The translations under genes and the position numbers were made by a program. Positions 25,362-32,756 of a DNA stretch of 38,287 bases are shown piece by piece. The stretch comes from Pseudomonadota bacterium. GTDB lineage: Bacteria; Pseudomonadota; Alphaproteobacteria; JAAXGF01. Position 1 is the first letter of the stretch. Each line of letters begins with the position of its first letter. Under the pieces are notes generated by a model. The model made no database searches. It saw only the letters and a program-made list of their open reading frames with translations, and was not told the DNA's origin. The stretch is from contig JADFMW010000002.1 in NCBI GenBank assembly GCA_022563655.1, forward strand, positions 1-38,287, given 5' to 3'.

Positions 25362-25474
25362 TAGCCGGGGTCCGCGGCGCCCGGCCGCGCCTGGACCGGC
25401 AAGAATTTCCGCCGCTTGTCGACTGTTGCCCGGCAAAAGCTGCCGCGCTGCGCGGCCCCGACCGCGGCCGCTCG
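25362..25474. repeat. Direct repeat copy B (113 bp), immediately 3' of fliW; same dyads as copy A but no adjacent sigma54 promoter
   Basis: See copy A. The dyads are CGGCAAGAATTTCCG (25397-25411) and CGGCAAAAGCTGCCG (25431-25445). I found no GG-N10-GC element in the 100 bp to its left. Confidence 0.85.
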
Positions 25475-25509
25475 CCGCGCCGCCCGGCGCCGATGCGCGG
25501 CCGTGAAGC

Positions 25510-26052
25510 CTATGAGCCGGTTTCCGTGAGTGGGTAGCGCACGGGGTAGCGTTCGCTGGCCAGCACGTGCTGGACGCCGACCCGGCTGGCGGTGTCGAGC
25601 AACAGCGGCGCGCGCAGGTTGGCCGAGACGAGAACGCCCGCGGCCGTCTTGTGCACCGTCACCACCAGCAAGACGGCGAGGTCCTCGGCCGCGATCGACA
25701 GGGCCTCGCAGGACGCGGCCAGATCGGCCGCGGCGATGACGCCGCTTTCCGGATCGAGGGGCAGCACCAGGAACGACAATTGGTGATCGTCGAGGCACTG
25801 CAGCACCTTGAACTGCGGTAGGCGGGGATCGGCGAGGTCGGCAAGCGCGTAGCTGTGGAGATCGCCGAAGCCGAGCAGTCCTCGCGGGAACTCGACCGCG
25901 TTCTGCGGCCCGATGGCAAGGGTGCCGAAGCGGCTTTCGATGACCAGCCGGTGCTCGCCGGAGGCGGGCGCTTGGCCGCTTGGCCGCGTTAAGTTCGCTG
26001 TCGCATCGGCAGCGGTTCCGACAACGGCGTCAACGGCGTCTACTTGGTACAT
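25510..26052 (-). CDS. fliW: Flagellar assembly factor FliW (flagellin-binding protein; CsrA antagonist in other phyla)
   Basis: IESRFGTLAIGPQNAVEFPRGLLGFGDLHSYAL...FKVLQCLDDHQLSFLVLP...ANLRAPLLLDTASRVGVQHVL follows the FliW/DUF180 pattern (F..Gl.GF...f.l......f..LqS.....sF.v..P ... NL.aPi.in.....g.Q.vl). There is an N-terminal extension of about 35 aa. Confidence 0.8.
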   Translation of the reverse strand: MYQVDAVDAVVGTAADATANLTRPSGQAPASGEHRLVIESRFGTLAIGPQNAVEFPRGLLGFGDLHSYALADLADPRLPQFKVLQCLDDHQLSFLVLPLDPESGVIAAADLAASCEALSIAAEDLAVLLVVTVHKTAAGVLVSANLRAPLLLDTASRVGVQHVLASERYPVRYPLTETGS

Positions 26053-26108
26053 GGCTCGACCTTTCGTTACGGGTGTGAGGAGGGTAGGGGCGCACGCATG
26101 GCCGGGCG

Positions 26109-27011
26109 CTAGTTAAGGAAGTCGACCAGCGAGAGGTTGCTCACGCGGGCGAGGGTGAGGAACGAGGCCTCGAGGATGAGCTGGTCGCTCGCGAGCCGCG
26201 TCACGGTGGCGGGGATGTTGACGTTCTCGATGTCGCTGATGACCTGCTCGATGAAGGTGAGGTAGTCGCCGCTCCTGAGGTCGGCCTGCTCGATCGTCTT
26301 GAGGTCCGAACCGATCTCGGTGCGGTACCCAGCGAGCGCCTGGATGGCGTTGCTCGCAAGGCTTAGCGCCGAATTAAGCAGGCTGGTGTTGTTGGTGTTG
26401 GCGCCCTCGATAGCCGCCTTCAACGCCCCGATCGCCTGCTGGAACGCCAAGCGGTCGGCGGTCATGCCGTAGGTGATGGTGGTGGTTTCGTCGATCCGCG
26501 CCGCGAGCTCGACCGAGTCGCCGCTGTAGTAGTTGGTGTCGACGACGCCGAAGACGGCCGGGTCGGGCAACGGCGATTGGACGGGCCGGGTGGTGGTCTG
26601 CGTACCCGCGAAAATGAACCGGCCGTCATCCTTGGTGTTGAGCGCCCCGGCAACCATGTCGAGCAGGTTCTGGGCCACCGTCGCGACCGGTACTGCGCCG
26701 CCGGAGGACGCATTGAGCGCCTGGAGAAGCATCACGCGCAGTTCGCTGACGGCGTCGAAGATGGTCGAGACCGCCGAGTCCATGCGCTCGAGGCGGCGCT
26801 CGATGGTCGTGTTGTTCTTGATGAAGCGGTCGATCCGGGTGTGCAGGCCCTTAAGCGAAACCAGCTGGCTCGCGTCCTCGGCGATGCCGGCGTAGCTGAG
26901 CGACCTCCTGCCGGTGGCGATCTGGATCTGGGCGTTCTGCACCCGCTCCTCGGCGCTGAGAATGTTCCTCAGCGTGAGAGTCTGCTGCGCGATTTGGCTA
27001 ACCCGGCTCAT
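26109..27011 (-). CDS. flgL: Flagellar hook-filament junction protein FlgL (HAP3)
   Basis: 300 aa with flagellin-like termini (MSRVSQIAQQTLTLRNILSAEERVQNAQIQIATGRR ... TVTRLASDQLILEASFLTLARVSNLSLVDFL). It lies directly after flgK. Confidence 0.85.
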   Translation of the reverse strand: MSRVSQIAQQTLTLRNILSAEERVQNAQIQIATGRRSLSYAGIAEDASQLVSLKGLHTRIDRFIKNNTTIERRLERMDSAVSTIFDAVSELRVMLLQALNASSGGAVPVATVAQNLLDMVAGALNTKDDGRFIFAGTQTTTRPVQSPLPDPAVFGVVDTNYYSGDSVELAARIDETTTITYGMTADRLAFQQAIGALKAAIEGANTNNTSLLNSALSLASNAIQALAGYRTEIGSDLKTIEQADLRSGDYLTFIEQVISDIENVNIPATVTRLASDQLILEASFLTLARVSNLSLVDFLN

Positions 27012-27014
27012 TTC

Positions 27015-28808
27015 CTATCTCACCAGATTGATCAATACGTCGAACATCTCGGCCGTGGTGTTCAGGACCCGCGCCGAGGCGGCGAAGGCCTGCTCGAACA
27101 CGATCATGTTCGCCATTTCCTCGTCGATGTTGACGCCGCTGATCGAGCTGGTGCGGAATTCGAGGTTGTTGAACAGGTCCCGCTGAAGACTTGCGTGTTG
27201 GAAAGCGGAGGCCGCTTGCACGGCGTTCAGTCCGGTGATCGCGGCGGCGTAATCGGCGATGGTGTAGCTGCCGGCCGGCAGGCCGCCGACGGCGGCGAAG
27301 GTGATGCTCTCCTCGGTAAAGGCGGCGAGCTTGAGAGCGACCCGATTGTCGCCGATGGCGATGCCGGTTTCTCCGGCCACCGCGGTCGGGCTCAATAGTC
27401 CCACCGAGAGCAGGCTGGGGTCGTTCATGATGTCGGTGCGCACCGAGAAGTCGGCCGCGGCGGTGCCCGCGAAGAAGTCGTTGAGCCCGAAGAAGTCGCT
27501 GAACGCTTGCGTCGTGCCGCCCGCTTGGCTGTCGCCCTCGTTGATGGCGATGCCATTGGCGCCGTCGGTGGCGGTGATTTCCAGCTTGCCGTTGACGATG
27601 GCGGCGGTGGCGTTGGCCCCGAGGGCGGCGTCGATCGTCGCCGCCAGGTCGCCGACGGTGATCGCGCCGAGCGCGGCGAGGTCGAGGTCGAGCGGCGGCC
27701 CCACGATGGCGCCGCTGCCGTCGACCACGGCGATGCGTACCGTGCCGGTGCCGGAGAATGGGTCGCCGGCGCTGACGGGGCGCGTCCCGGTCAGGGTGTT
27801 GGGCGCCGGGAAGCTGGTGCCGGTGTTGTGGATGGCATTGTAGCCGTCGCGCACCGCGGCGGCGAAGGACTCGACCTGGGCGGCAAGGTCGTGCAGCGTG
27901 CCGTCGCGGATGGCGAGCAATCCCTTGATCCGACCGGAATCGAATGTACTGACGACCGTGTCGCTGGTGCCGCCGGTGACGATCACCTCGCCCGCTCCGA
28001 CCTTTTCACCGGTCACCGAGTCGACGGCGAAGATCGTGATGGGACTGAATACGGTGTCGGATTTCACCAGCGCCGAGGTGCTGTACTCGAGCTGGCGAAG
28101 CTGCTGGTCGAGCAGCGTCTTACCGTCCGAGGTCAAGATCGACAGCTGGCCGTTGTCGCGTGCGAAGGTGGTGATGGAGATATTGGCGGCGATGGTGGCG
28201 ACGGCGCGGTCGCGCAGGTCTTCGAGCGAGGACGAACTCTCGCCGTTCACCTGGGCGCGGGAGATCCTGTCGTTGAGGTCCTTGACCACGATCAGCTCGG
28301 CGTTGATCGTATCGACCGCAGCCTTGATCTTCCTGTCGGCCTCGGCGCGTAGCTTCTGTACGCTGGTCGCCAGTTCGCTGATGCCGTTCGCCAGCCGGAT
28401 GCCGGCGGCAACCACCTCGAAACGCAACGCCTGGTCTTCGGGGTTGGTCGCCAGGGATTCGATCGCGGCGGCGAAGTCGGCGAGATTGGCCGAGCTGGTG
28501 CTGTCGTTGGCCGTGGTGCCGAAGCGCGCCTGGATTTCGTTGAAGAACGTTTCCGCCGCCGCGGCCGCGCCGAGGGCCGAAGCCTGGCTCTGCAACTCGC
28601 GCACCAGGAAGCTGTCGACGATGCGGTTGATGCTGGCGACCTCGACGCCGTTGAGCACGCCGCCGATGATCCGCTGCTGCAGGCTGATGACTTGGCGCGA
28701 ATAGCCAACGGTGTTGGCGTTGGCCACGTTCTGCGAGACCGTGGCGAGGCCGGCCTGGCTGACATTGAGCCCGCTGAGGGCGTTCGAAAGCGCTATGGAA
28801 AGCGACAT
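27015..28808 (-). CDS. flgK: Flagellar hook-associated protein FlgK (HAP1)
   Basis: N-terminus MSLSIALSNALSGLNVSQAGLATVSQNVANANTVGYSRQ and C-terminus ISGVNIDEEMANMIVFEQAFAASARVLNTTAEMFDVLINL are canonical FlgK. Confidence 0.9.
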   Translation of the reverse strand: MSLSIALSNALSGLNVSQAGLATVSQNVANANTVGYSRQVISLQQRIIGGVLNGVEVASINRIVDSFLVRELQSQASALGAAAAAETFFNEIQARFGTTANDSTSSANLADFAAAIESLATNPEDQALRFEVVAAGIRLANGISELATSVQKLRAEADRKIKAAVDTINAELIVVKDLNDRISRAQVNGESSSSLEDLRDRAVATIAANISITTFARDNGQLSILTSDGKTLLDQQLRQLEYSTSALVKSDTVFSPITIFAVDSVTGEKVGAGEVIVTGGTSDTVVSTFDSGRIKGLLAIRDGTLHDLAAQVESFAAAVRDGYNAIHNTGTSFPAPNTLTGTRPVSAGDPFSGTGTVRIAVVDGSGAIVGPPLDLDLAALGAITVGDLAATIDAALGANATAAIVNGKLEITATDGANGIAINEGDSQAGGTTQAFSDFFGLNDFFAGTAAADFSVRTDIMNDPSLLSVGLLSPTAVAGETGIAIGDNRVALKLAAFTEESITFAAVGGLPAGSYTIADYAAAITGLNAVQAASAFQHASLQRDLFNNLEFRTSSISGVNIDEEMANMIVFEQAFAASARVLNTTAEMFDVLINLVR

Positions 28809-28818
28809 CGCGCGGCGG

Positions 28819-29259
28819 TCAGATGCGGTTGTCGACGGCCAGCGACACCCGGCCCGCCGCCGATGCGGGCGGGGCGGTTCCGCCGGTCGAGGTGTAGGCG
28901 GCGACCGGCATGAGCGTCTCGGCGACGGCTGCGCTCAACGCCCTGATCAAGCGCTCGTTGAGCGCCTTCGCGGCGGTTATGGCGCGCACGTTGTCCTCGA
29001 CCGTCGCCTGCAGGCTCGCGGTTGCCTCCTTGAGCACCCCGCGCAGCCTGGGCTCGGCGTCCGTCACGGCGGCGGGGTTCTGGCGCACGGTCTCGAAGGC
29101 GCCGGCGTAGGCGGCGGCCAGCCGCGCTTTCTCTTCCTGCAGCGTGGCGATCTCGCTCGAGCGCATCGCGCGCAAATGCTCCACCTCGCGCGCCATCACC
29201 TCGGTGAGGCGCTCGGTGAGGTCGATCAGCGTGCCGATCTGGCCGTTTGCGCTCATCAC
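28819..29259 (-). CDS. FlbY / FlgN-like flagellar protein (putative chaperone for FlgK/FlgL)
   Basis: 146-aa helical protein (LIDLTERLTEVMAREVEHLRAMRSSEIATLQEEKARLAAAY) overlapping the upstream stop. It occupies the third position of a flgI-cheL-flbY-type operon as in Caulobacter, immediately before flgK. The call rests on position and composition. Confidence 0.45.
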   Translation of the reverse strand: MMSANGQIGTLIDLTERLTEVMAREVEHLRAMRSSEIATLQEEKARLAAAYAGAFETVRQNPAAVTDAEPRLRGVLKEATASLQATVEDNVRAITAAKALNERLIRALSAAVAETLMPVAAYTSTGGTAPPASAAGRVSLAVDNRI

Positions 29260-29573
29260 GATTCGCTTTCTTGAAGCTTGAGAATCTCTCGATACACCGC
29301 GTCGGCGATGCCGATTCCGCCGGCGCGGCTGACGAGCTTGCCGTACTCGTCGGACAGCAGTGAGCGGTAGATGGTTTCGGCGTGGCCGCCGCCGTACGGG
29401 CCGTCGGTGGGGATGCCGGTGAACATGTGCTGGATCATCTGGGCCAGGAAGAAGGCCTCGAAGTCCTCGGCGACGCGCCTCGCCTCGCCAACGCTCTTGA
29501 CCGGCGCGATGCGCGGGCCGGCCTGGGTTTGCGCCAGCAGCGACTGCGACAGGAGCTTGTCGGAGCCGTCCAT
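29256..29573 (-). CDS. Rod-binding protein (FlgJ N-terminal domain-only; CheL-like)
   Basis: ARRVAEDFEAFFLAQMIQHMF...GGGHAETIYRSLLSDEYGKLVSRAGGIGIADAVYREI is the Rod-binding (FlgJ N-terminal) signature. 105 aa with no muramidase domain. Confidence 0.85.
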   Translation of the reverse strand: MDGSDKLLSQSLLAQTQAGPRIAPVKSVGEARRVAEDFEAFFLAQMIQHMFTGIPTDGPYGGGHAETIYRSLLSDEYGKLVSRAGGIGIADAVYREILKLQESES

Positions 29574-30739
29574 TACAGCACCTTGATCTCAGCCTGCAGG
29601 GCGCCCGCCGACTTGATCGCCTGGAGGATCATGATGATATCGCGCGGGCCGACGCCGAGCGCGTTCAGGCCCTCGACCAACTCGTGCAGGCTGACGCCGG
29701 GCGACAACACCGCCATGCGGCGCTCCGTGGCCTCGTCGATCTCGATTTCGGTGCGCGGAACGACGACCGTCGCTGCGCCCTGGGGGGCGAACGGGCCGGG
29801 CTGAGAGACCTGCGGGGTTTCGGTGATGCGGACCGTGAGCTTGCCCTGGGCGATCGCCACGGTGCTGATGCGCACGTTCTCGCCCATCACGATGATGCCC
29901 GAGCGCTCGTCGATCACGACCCGCGCCGGCTGGTCGGGCTCGACCAGGAGCTGCTCGATCTCGGTCAGCAACTTGGCCACCTTATTCTGATAGCGGTCGG
30001 GCACCTGAAGGTGGACCGTGCCGGGGTCGGTTGCCTCCGCGGCGGGCTCGCCGATGCGGGCGTTGATCGCCCGGGCGATGCGGGTGGCGGTGGTGAAGTC
30101 GGGGTTGCGCAGCGCGATGTTGAGGTTTGGCAGGCTGGCCAGATCGAACTCCGATTCGCGCTCGATGATGGCGCCGTTCGGGATTCGCGCGCTCGTCGGC
30201 ACGCCCTGGCTGACGGAGGAGCCCGATGCGCCCGACGCCGCGAAGCCGCCGACCGCGAGCTGGCCCTGGGCGACGGCGTAGACTTCGCTGTCGGCGCCCA
30301 TGAGAGGCGTCACCAGCAGGGTGCCGCCGAGCAGGTTGGTCGCGTCGCCCAGCGCGCTGATGGTGACGTCGATGCGCCTGCCCTGGCGGGCAAAAGACGG
30401 CAATGTCGCGGTCACCATGACCGCGGCGATGTTGGCGGTTTTGAGGTTCAAGCCCCGGGTGTTGACTCCGAGCCGCTCGAGCATGCCAATCAGGCTTTGC
30501 CGGGTGAACGGCGAGTTGTTCAGGCTGTCGCCGGTTCCGTTGAGGCCGACGACGAGGCCGTAGCCGACCAGCTGGTTCTCTCGCACGCCCTCGAAATCGG
30601 CGATGTCTTTGATGCGCGACATGGCGTCCGCGGCGCCGGCGGCGGCGAGGACAAGCAGCGCCGCCAGGGCGCCGAGCACAAGGCGGCGGAGCTTGGTTTG
30701 GCGTGCCTTGGGGGTGAAGAGGGTCGAGTTGCGCTTCAT
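29573..30739 (-). CDS. flgI: Flagellar P-ring protein FlgI
   Basis: Signal peptide (LVLGALAALLVLAAAGAADA), then RIKDIADFEGVRENQLVGYGLVVGLNGTGDS and the C-terminus LHELVEGLNALGVGPRDIIMILQAIKSAGALQAEIKVL. ATG 30739 is preferred because the ORF-track start at 30805 lies upstream of the predicted sigma54 promoter. Confidence 0.95.
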   Translation of the reverse strand: MKRNSTLFTPKARQTKLRRLVLGALAALLVLAAAGAADAMSRIKDIADFEGVRENQLVGYGLVVGLNGTGDSLNNSPFTRQSLIGMLERLGVNTRGLNLKTANIAAVMVTATLPSFARQGRRIDVTISALGDATNLLGGTLLVTPLMGADSEVYAVAQGQLAVGGFAASGASGSSVSQGVPTSARIPNGAIIERESEFDLASLPNLNIALRNPDFTTATRIARAINARIGEPAAEATDPGTVHLQVPDRYQNKVAKLLTEIEQLLVEPDQPARVVIDERSGIIVMGENVRISTVAIAQGKLTVRITETPQVSQPGPFAPQGAATVVVPRTEIEIDEATERRMAVLSPGVSLHELVEGLNALGVGPRDIIMILQAIKSAGALQAEIKVL

Positions 30740-30782
30740 GGCCGTCGGTCGACTGCTGCTCCGCGGTTCAGGCGTTGCCAAT

Positions 30783-30797
30783 GCGAACCGCGTGCCA
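30783..30797 (-). promoter_or_regulatory. Sigma54 (-24/-12) promoter of the flgI operon
   Basis: The gene strand reads TTGGCACGCGGTTCGCAT, i.e. TGGCAC-N5-TCGC with exact GG-N10-GC spacing, about 44 nt upstream of ATG 30739. Confidence 0.55.
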
Positions 30798-30882
30798 AAG
30801 GGCACGGCCTCGCTAAGTCACTGGTTTTGATTGAGTCCTCGCCCGCACCGGAGGCGGCGCTGGCCGGGCGCGCGGCGGGATC

Positions 30883-30918
30883 AGGCAATGGCTGCCATGG
30901 CGCAGGCATATGTTGCCT
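30883..30918. promoter_or_regulatory. Two GGCA-N5-TGCC dyads, 21 bp centre to centre: candidate FlbD enhancer for flgI
   Basis: AGGCAATGGCTGCCA (30883-30897) and AGGCATATGTTGCCT (30904-30918) lie about 95-125 bp upstream of the promoter at 30783-30797. Confidence 0.4.
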
Positions 30919-31161
30919 AGTTCGCCGGCCCTGAAAAAAATCTTCGTTATGCCGTTTAATCCGGATGGTCTCGAACCACGCTCCGGGATACAAGCGGCGA
31001 TTGGCGGGTTCCGCTTACGCGCAGCGGTGCCCGATCCGCGCCGCGCCCAACGTTGATAACCGCGCGACCAAATACAGAAATCGGGACTCCTCCGCGGGCA
31101 GGGGCCGGCGGCCGAGAGGAGGCACCGCCGGCCCCGCGCGCTCGCACGTCATACGGTTTTT

Positions 31162-31410
31162 TTACATGCCGCCGAGAATGATCCTCGTTGCCTCGGCCAG
31201 GCTCTTGACAGCGGCTTTGTGGTCCCCGCTGCCGTGCTGGGCCATGCCCTGGTCGCGCAGCCTTTTCACGTCGGCGGTTTGGGCCGCGCTCAGGTTGCCC
31301 TTGGCTATGGCCGCGTCGATGGCCTTGCCTTGTTTCGGGCAGTAATACGCTGAAGCCGGCGCCGACAACGCCATCAGAATGGCGGCAACGAATAGCGACC
31401 GTGCAATCAT
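31162..31410 (-). CDS. Small secreted protein (82 aa, signal peptide), unknown function
   Basis: ATG 31410 is preceded by GAGGAGGAA. MIARSLFVAAILMALSAPASA-YYCPKQGK... is followed by a helical Lys/Ala-rich mature part. It lies between flgI and fliX. Confidence 0.6.
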   Translation of the reverse strand: MIARSLFVAAILMALSAPASAYYCPKQGKAIDAAIAKGNLSAAQTADVKRLRDQGMAQHGSGDHKAAVKSLAEATRIILGGM

Positions 31411-31672
31411 GGATTCCTCCTCAAGTTTTCCGATTATGGTTGATGTCAGCGGGAAGCCAAAGGCTTTACCCGAGATTCCCCGGATGACCACTCGCGGTCA
31501 CCGGTAGCGTAGCAAAAATGGCGGTCGAAGGCGAATCCGGTCCCGGTCCGGAAGTTTGCATGGCGATCTCCTATGTTGATTGTCCAGAGCGGCACGCCGG
31601 CGGCGCGTCGGGGTGAATCATCACGCGGCTGTTGGGGAATTGACCTTCGTTCGCGCGGCTGGGCCCGTGTGC

Positions 31673-31688
31673 TTAACACGTTTTTAAC
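31673..31688 (+). promoter_or_regulatory. Perfect CtrA box TTAA-N7-TTAAC upstream of fliX
   Basis: ttaa-cacgttt-ttaac, 67-82 nt upstream of the fliX ATG at 31755. Confidence 0.55.
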
Positions 31689-31754
31689 CGTACTCGGCGA
31701 TGTTGGCGCCTGCGGTTGCACCTCAACGGCAGCACCGGTCAACATTCGCAAACT

Positions 31755-32174
31755 ATGAAGATCACCGGTCCTGGTCCCATCCGCCCGACGACGACACGCC
31801 CGAGCCGGGTTTCGCGCGGCGCCAAGAGCGCCGAATTCTCGAGCCAGGTTTTGCGTGAGTCGGAGGCTGCGAACCATGTCGTCCCGGTTACGACGGTGGG
31901 CGCGCTCGGCGGCCTGCTCGCCGCGCAGGAGGTGCCTGATGCGACCGATGACCGCTCGCGCGGCATCGCCCGCGGCGCCGACCTGCTCGACCGGCTCGAC
32001 GAGATCCGCCACGCGCTGCTCAGCGGCACCATCGCGCGCGAGAGGCTCGTCGAGCTGCGGCGCCACGTGCAAGCGCAGAGAACGGCGTTCGACGACGCGC
32101 GCCTGGACGCGGTGCTCGACGAAATCGATCTCAGGGCCTCGGTTGAGCTTGCCAAGCTCGGTATAACACCCTGA
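31755..32174 (+). CDS. fliX: Flagellar assembly regulator FliX (trans-acting partner of FlbD)
   Basis: MKITGPGP... with a low-complexity N-terminus, then LLAAQEV...RSRGIARGADLLDRLDEIRHALLSGTI...LRRHVQAQR...DARLDAVLDEIDLRASVELAKLG. This matches my recollection of the FliX family (class II flagellar assembly regulator). It lies divergent from the flgI operon, with the small secreted-protein gene between them. Confidence 0.75.
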   Translation: MKITGPGPIRPTTTRPSRVSRGAKSAEFSSQVLRESEAANHVVPVTTVGALGGLLAAQEVPDATDDRSRGIARGADLLDRLDEIRHALLSGTIARERLVELRRHVQAQRTAFDDARLDAVLDEIDLRASVELAKLGITP

Positions 32175-32311
32175 ACCCGGCACAGGGCCGGGAACGAACC
32201 CCGGCGCGTGCACAATGGCTTGCGGTTGCCGGCGAAGGCCCATATATAGTCCGCCGAGAAACGTACCTATGGACCGCTCAGTCGAGCCGGTTCGCGCGGG
32301 GGAGCTTTAAG

Positions 32312-32731
32312 ATGCGGCAGCGGTTGCCTCTCGATTATCATCCATCGGGGGACGAGCCGTTCATGAACTCGAGGCAGCTCGAGTATTTTCGCTGGAAGCT
32401 GCTCAGATGGCGCGAAGAGCTGCTGGCCGACACGACCCAGACGCTCAAGCATCTCAAGGAGGAGAACGAGCACGAGCCCGACTTCGCCGACCGCGCGTCG
32501 GTCGAAACCGAACGCGCGCTCGAGCTGCGGACGCGCGACCGCGAGCGCAAGCTCGTCGCCAAAATCGATGCCGCCCTCAAGCGGATAGAGGACGGCACCT
32601 ACGGTTATTGTGAACAGACGGGCGCGCCGATCAGCCTGCGCCGGCTACAGGCCCGCCCCATCGCCACGCTCGGCATCGACGCTCAGAAACGCCACGAGCG
32701 GCGCGAAAAGCACTATCGTAACGACGGCTGA
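32312..32731 (+). CDS. dksA: RNA polymerase-binding regulator DksA (one-cysteine variant)
   Basis: FMNSRQLEYFRWKLLRWREELL, DFADRASVETERALELRTRDRERKLVAKIDAALKRIEDGTYGYCEQTGAPISLRRLQARPIATLGIDAQ. The DksA coiled coil with the DxxDxA tip is present. Only 1 of the 4 canonical zinc-finger Cys residues is present. Confidence 0.9.
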   Translation: MRQRLPLDYHPSGDEPFMNSRQLEYFRWKLLRWREELLADTTQTLKHLKEENEHEPDFADRASVETERALELRTRDRERKLVAKIDAALKRIEDGTYGYCEQTGAPISLRRLQARPIATLGIDAQKRHERREKHYRNDG

Positions 32732-32756
32732 CGCCGCGGCCGAACGCGGCCTCCCT

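Noticed and set aside
19867-25474. The flanking repeats as ends of an insertion sequence or transposon
   Set aside because: The repeats are direct rather than inverted, and 113 bp is far longer than a target-site duplication. No transposase, integrase or recombinase is encoded between them.
30740-30805. N-terminal extension of flgI (ORF-track start 30805); similarly flgF 37606-37746
   Set aside because: The extensions lie upstream of, or across, the predicted sigma54 promoters and lack SD sequences. Internal ATGs give the canonical signal peptide (flgI) or the canonical rod N-terminus with an SD (flgF).
31704-31720. TGGCGC-N6-TTGCA upstream of fliX
   Set aside because: The GG to GC spacing is one base too long for sigma54 (GG-N11-GC). 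A perfect CtrA box lies just upstream.
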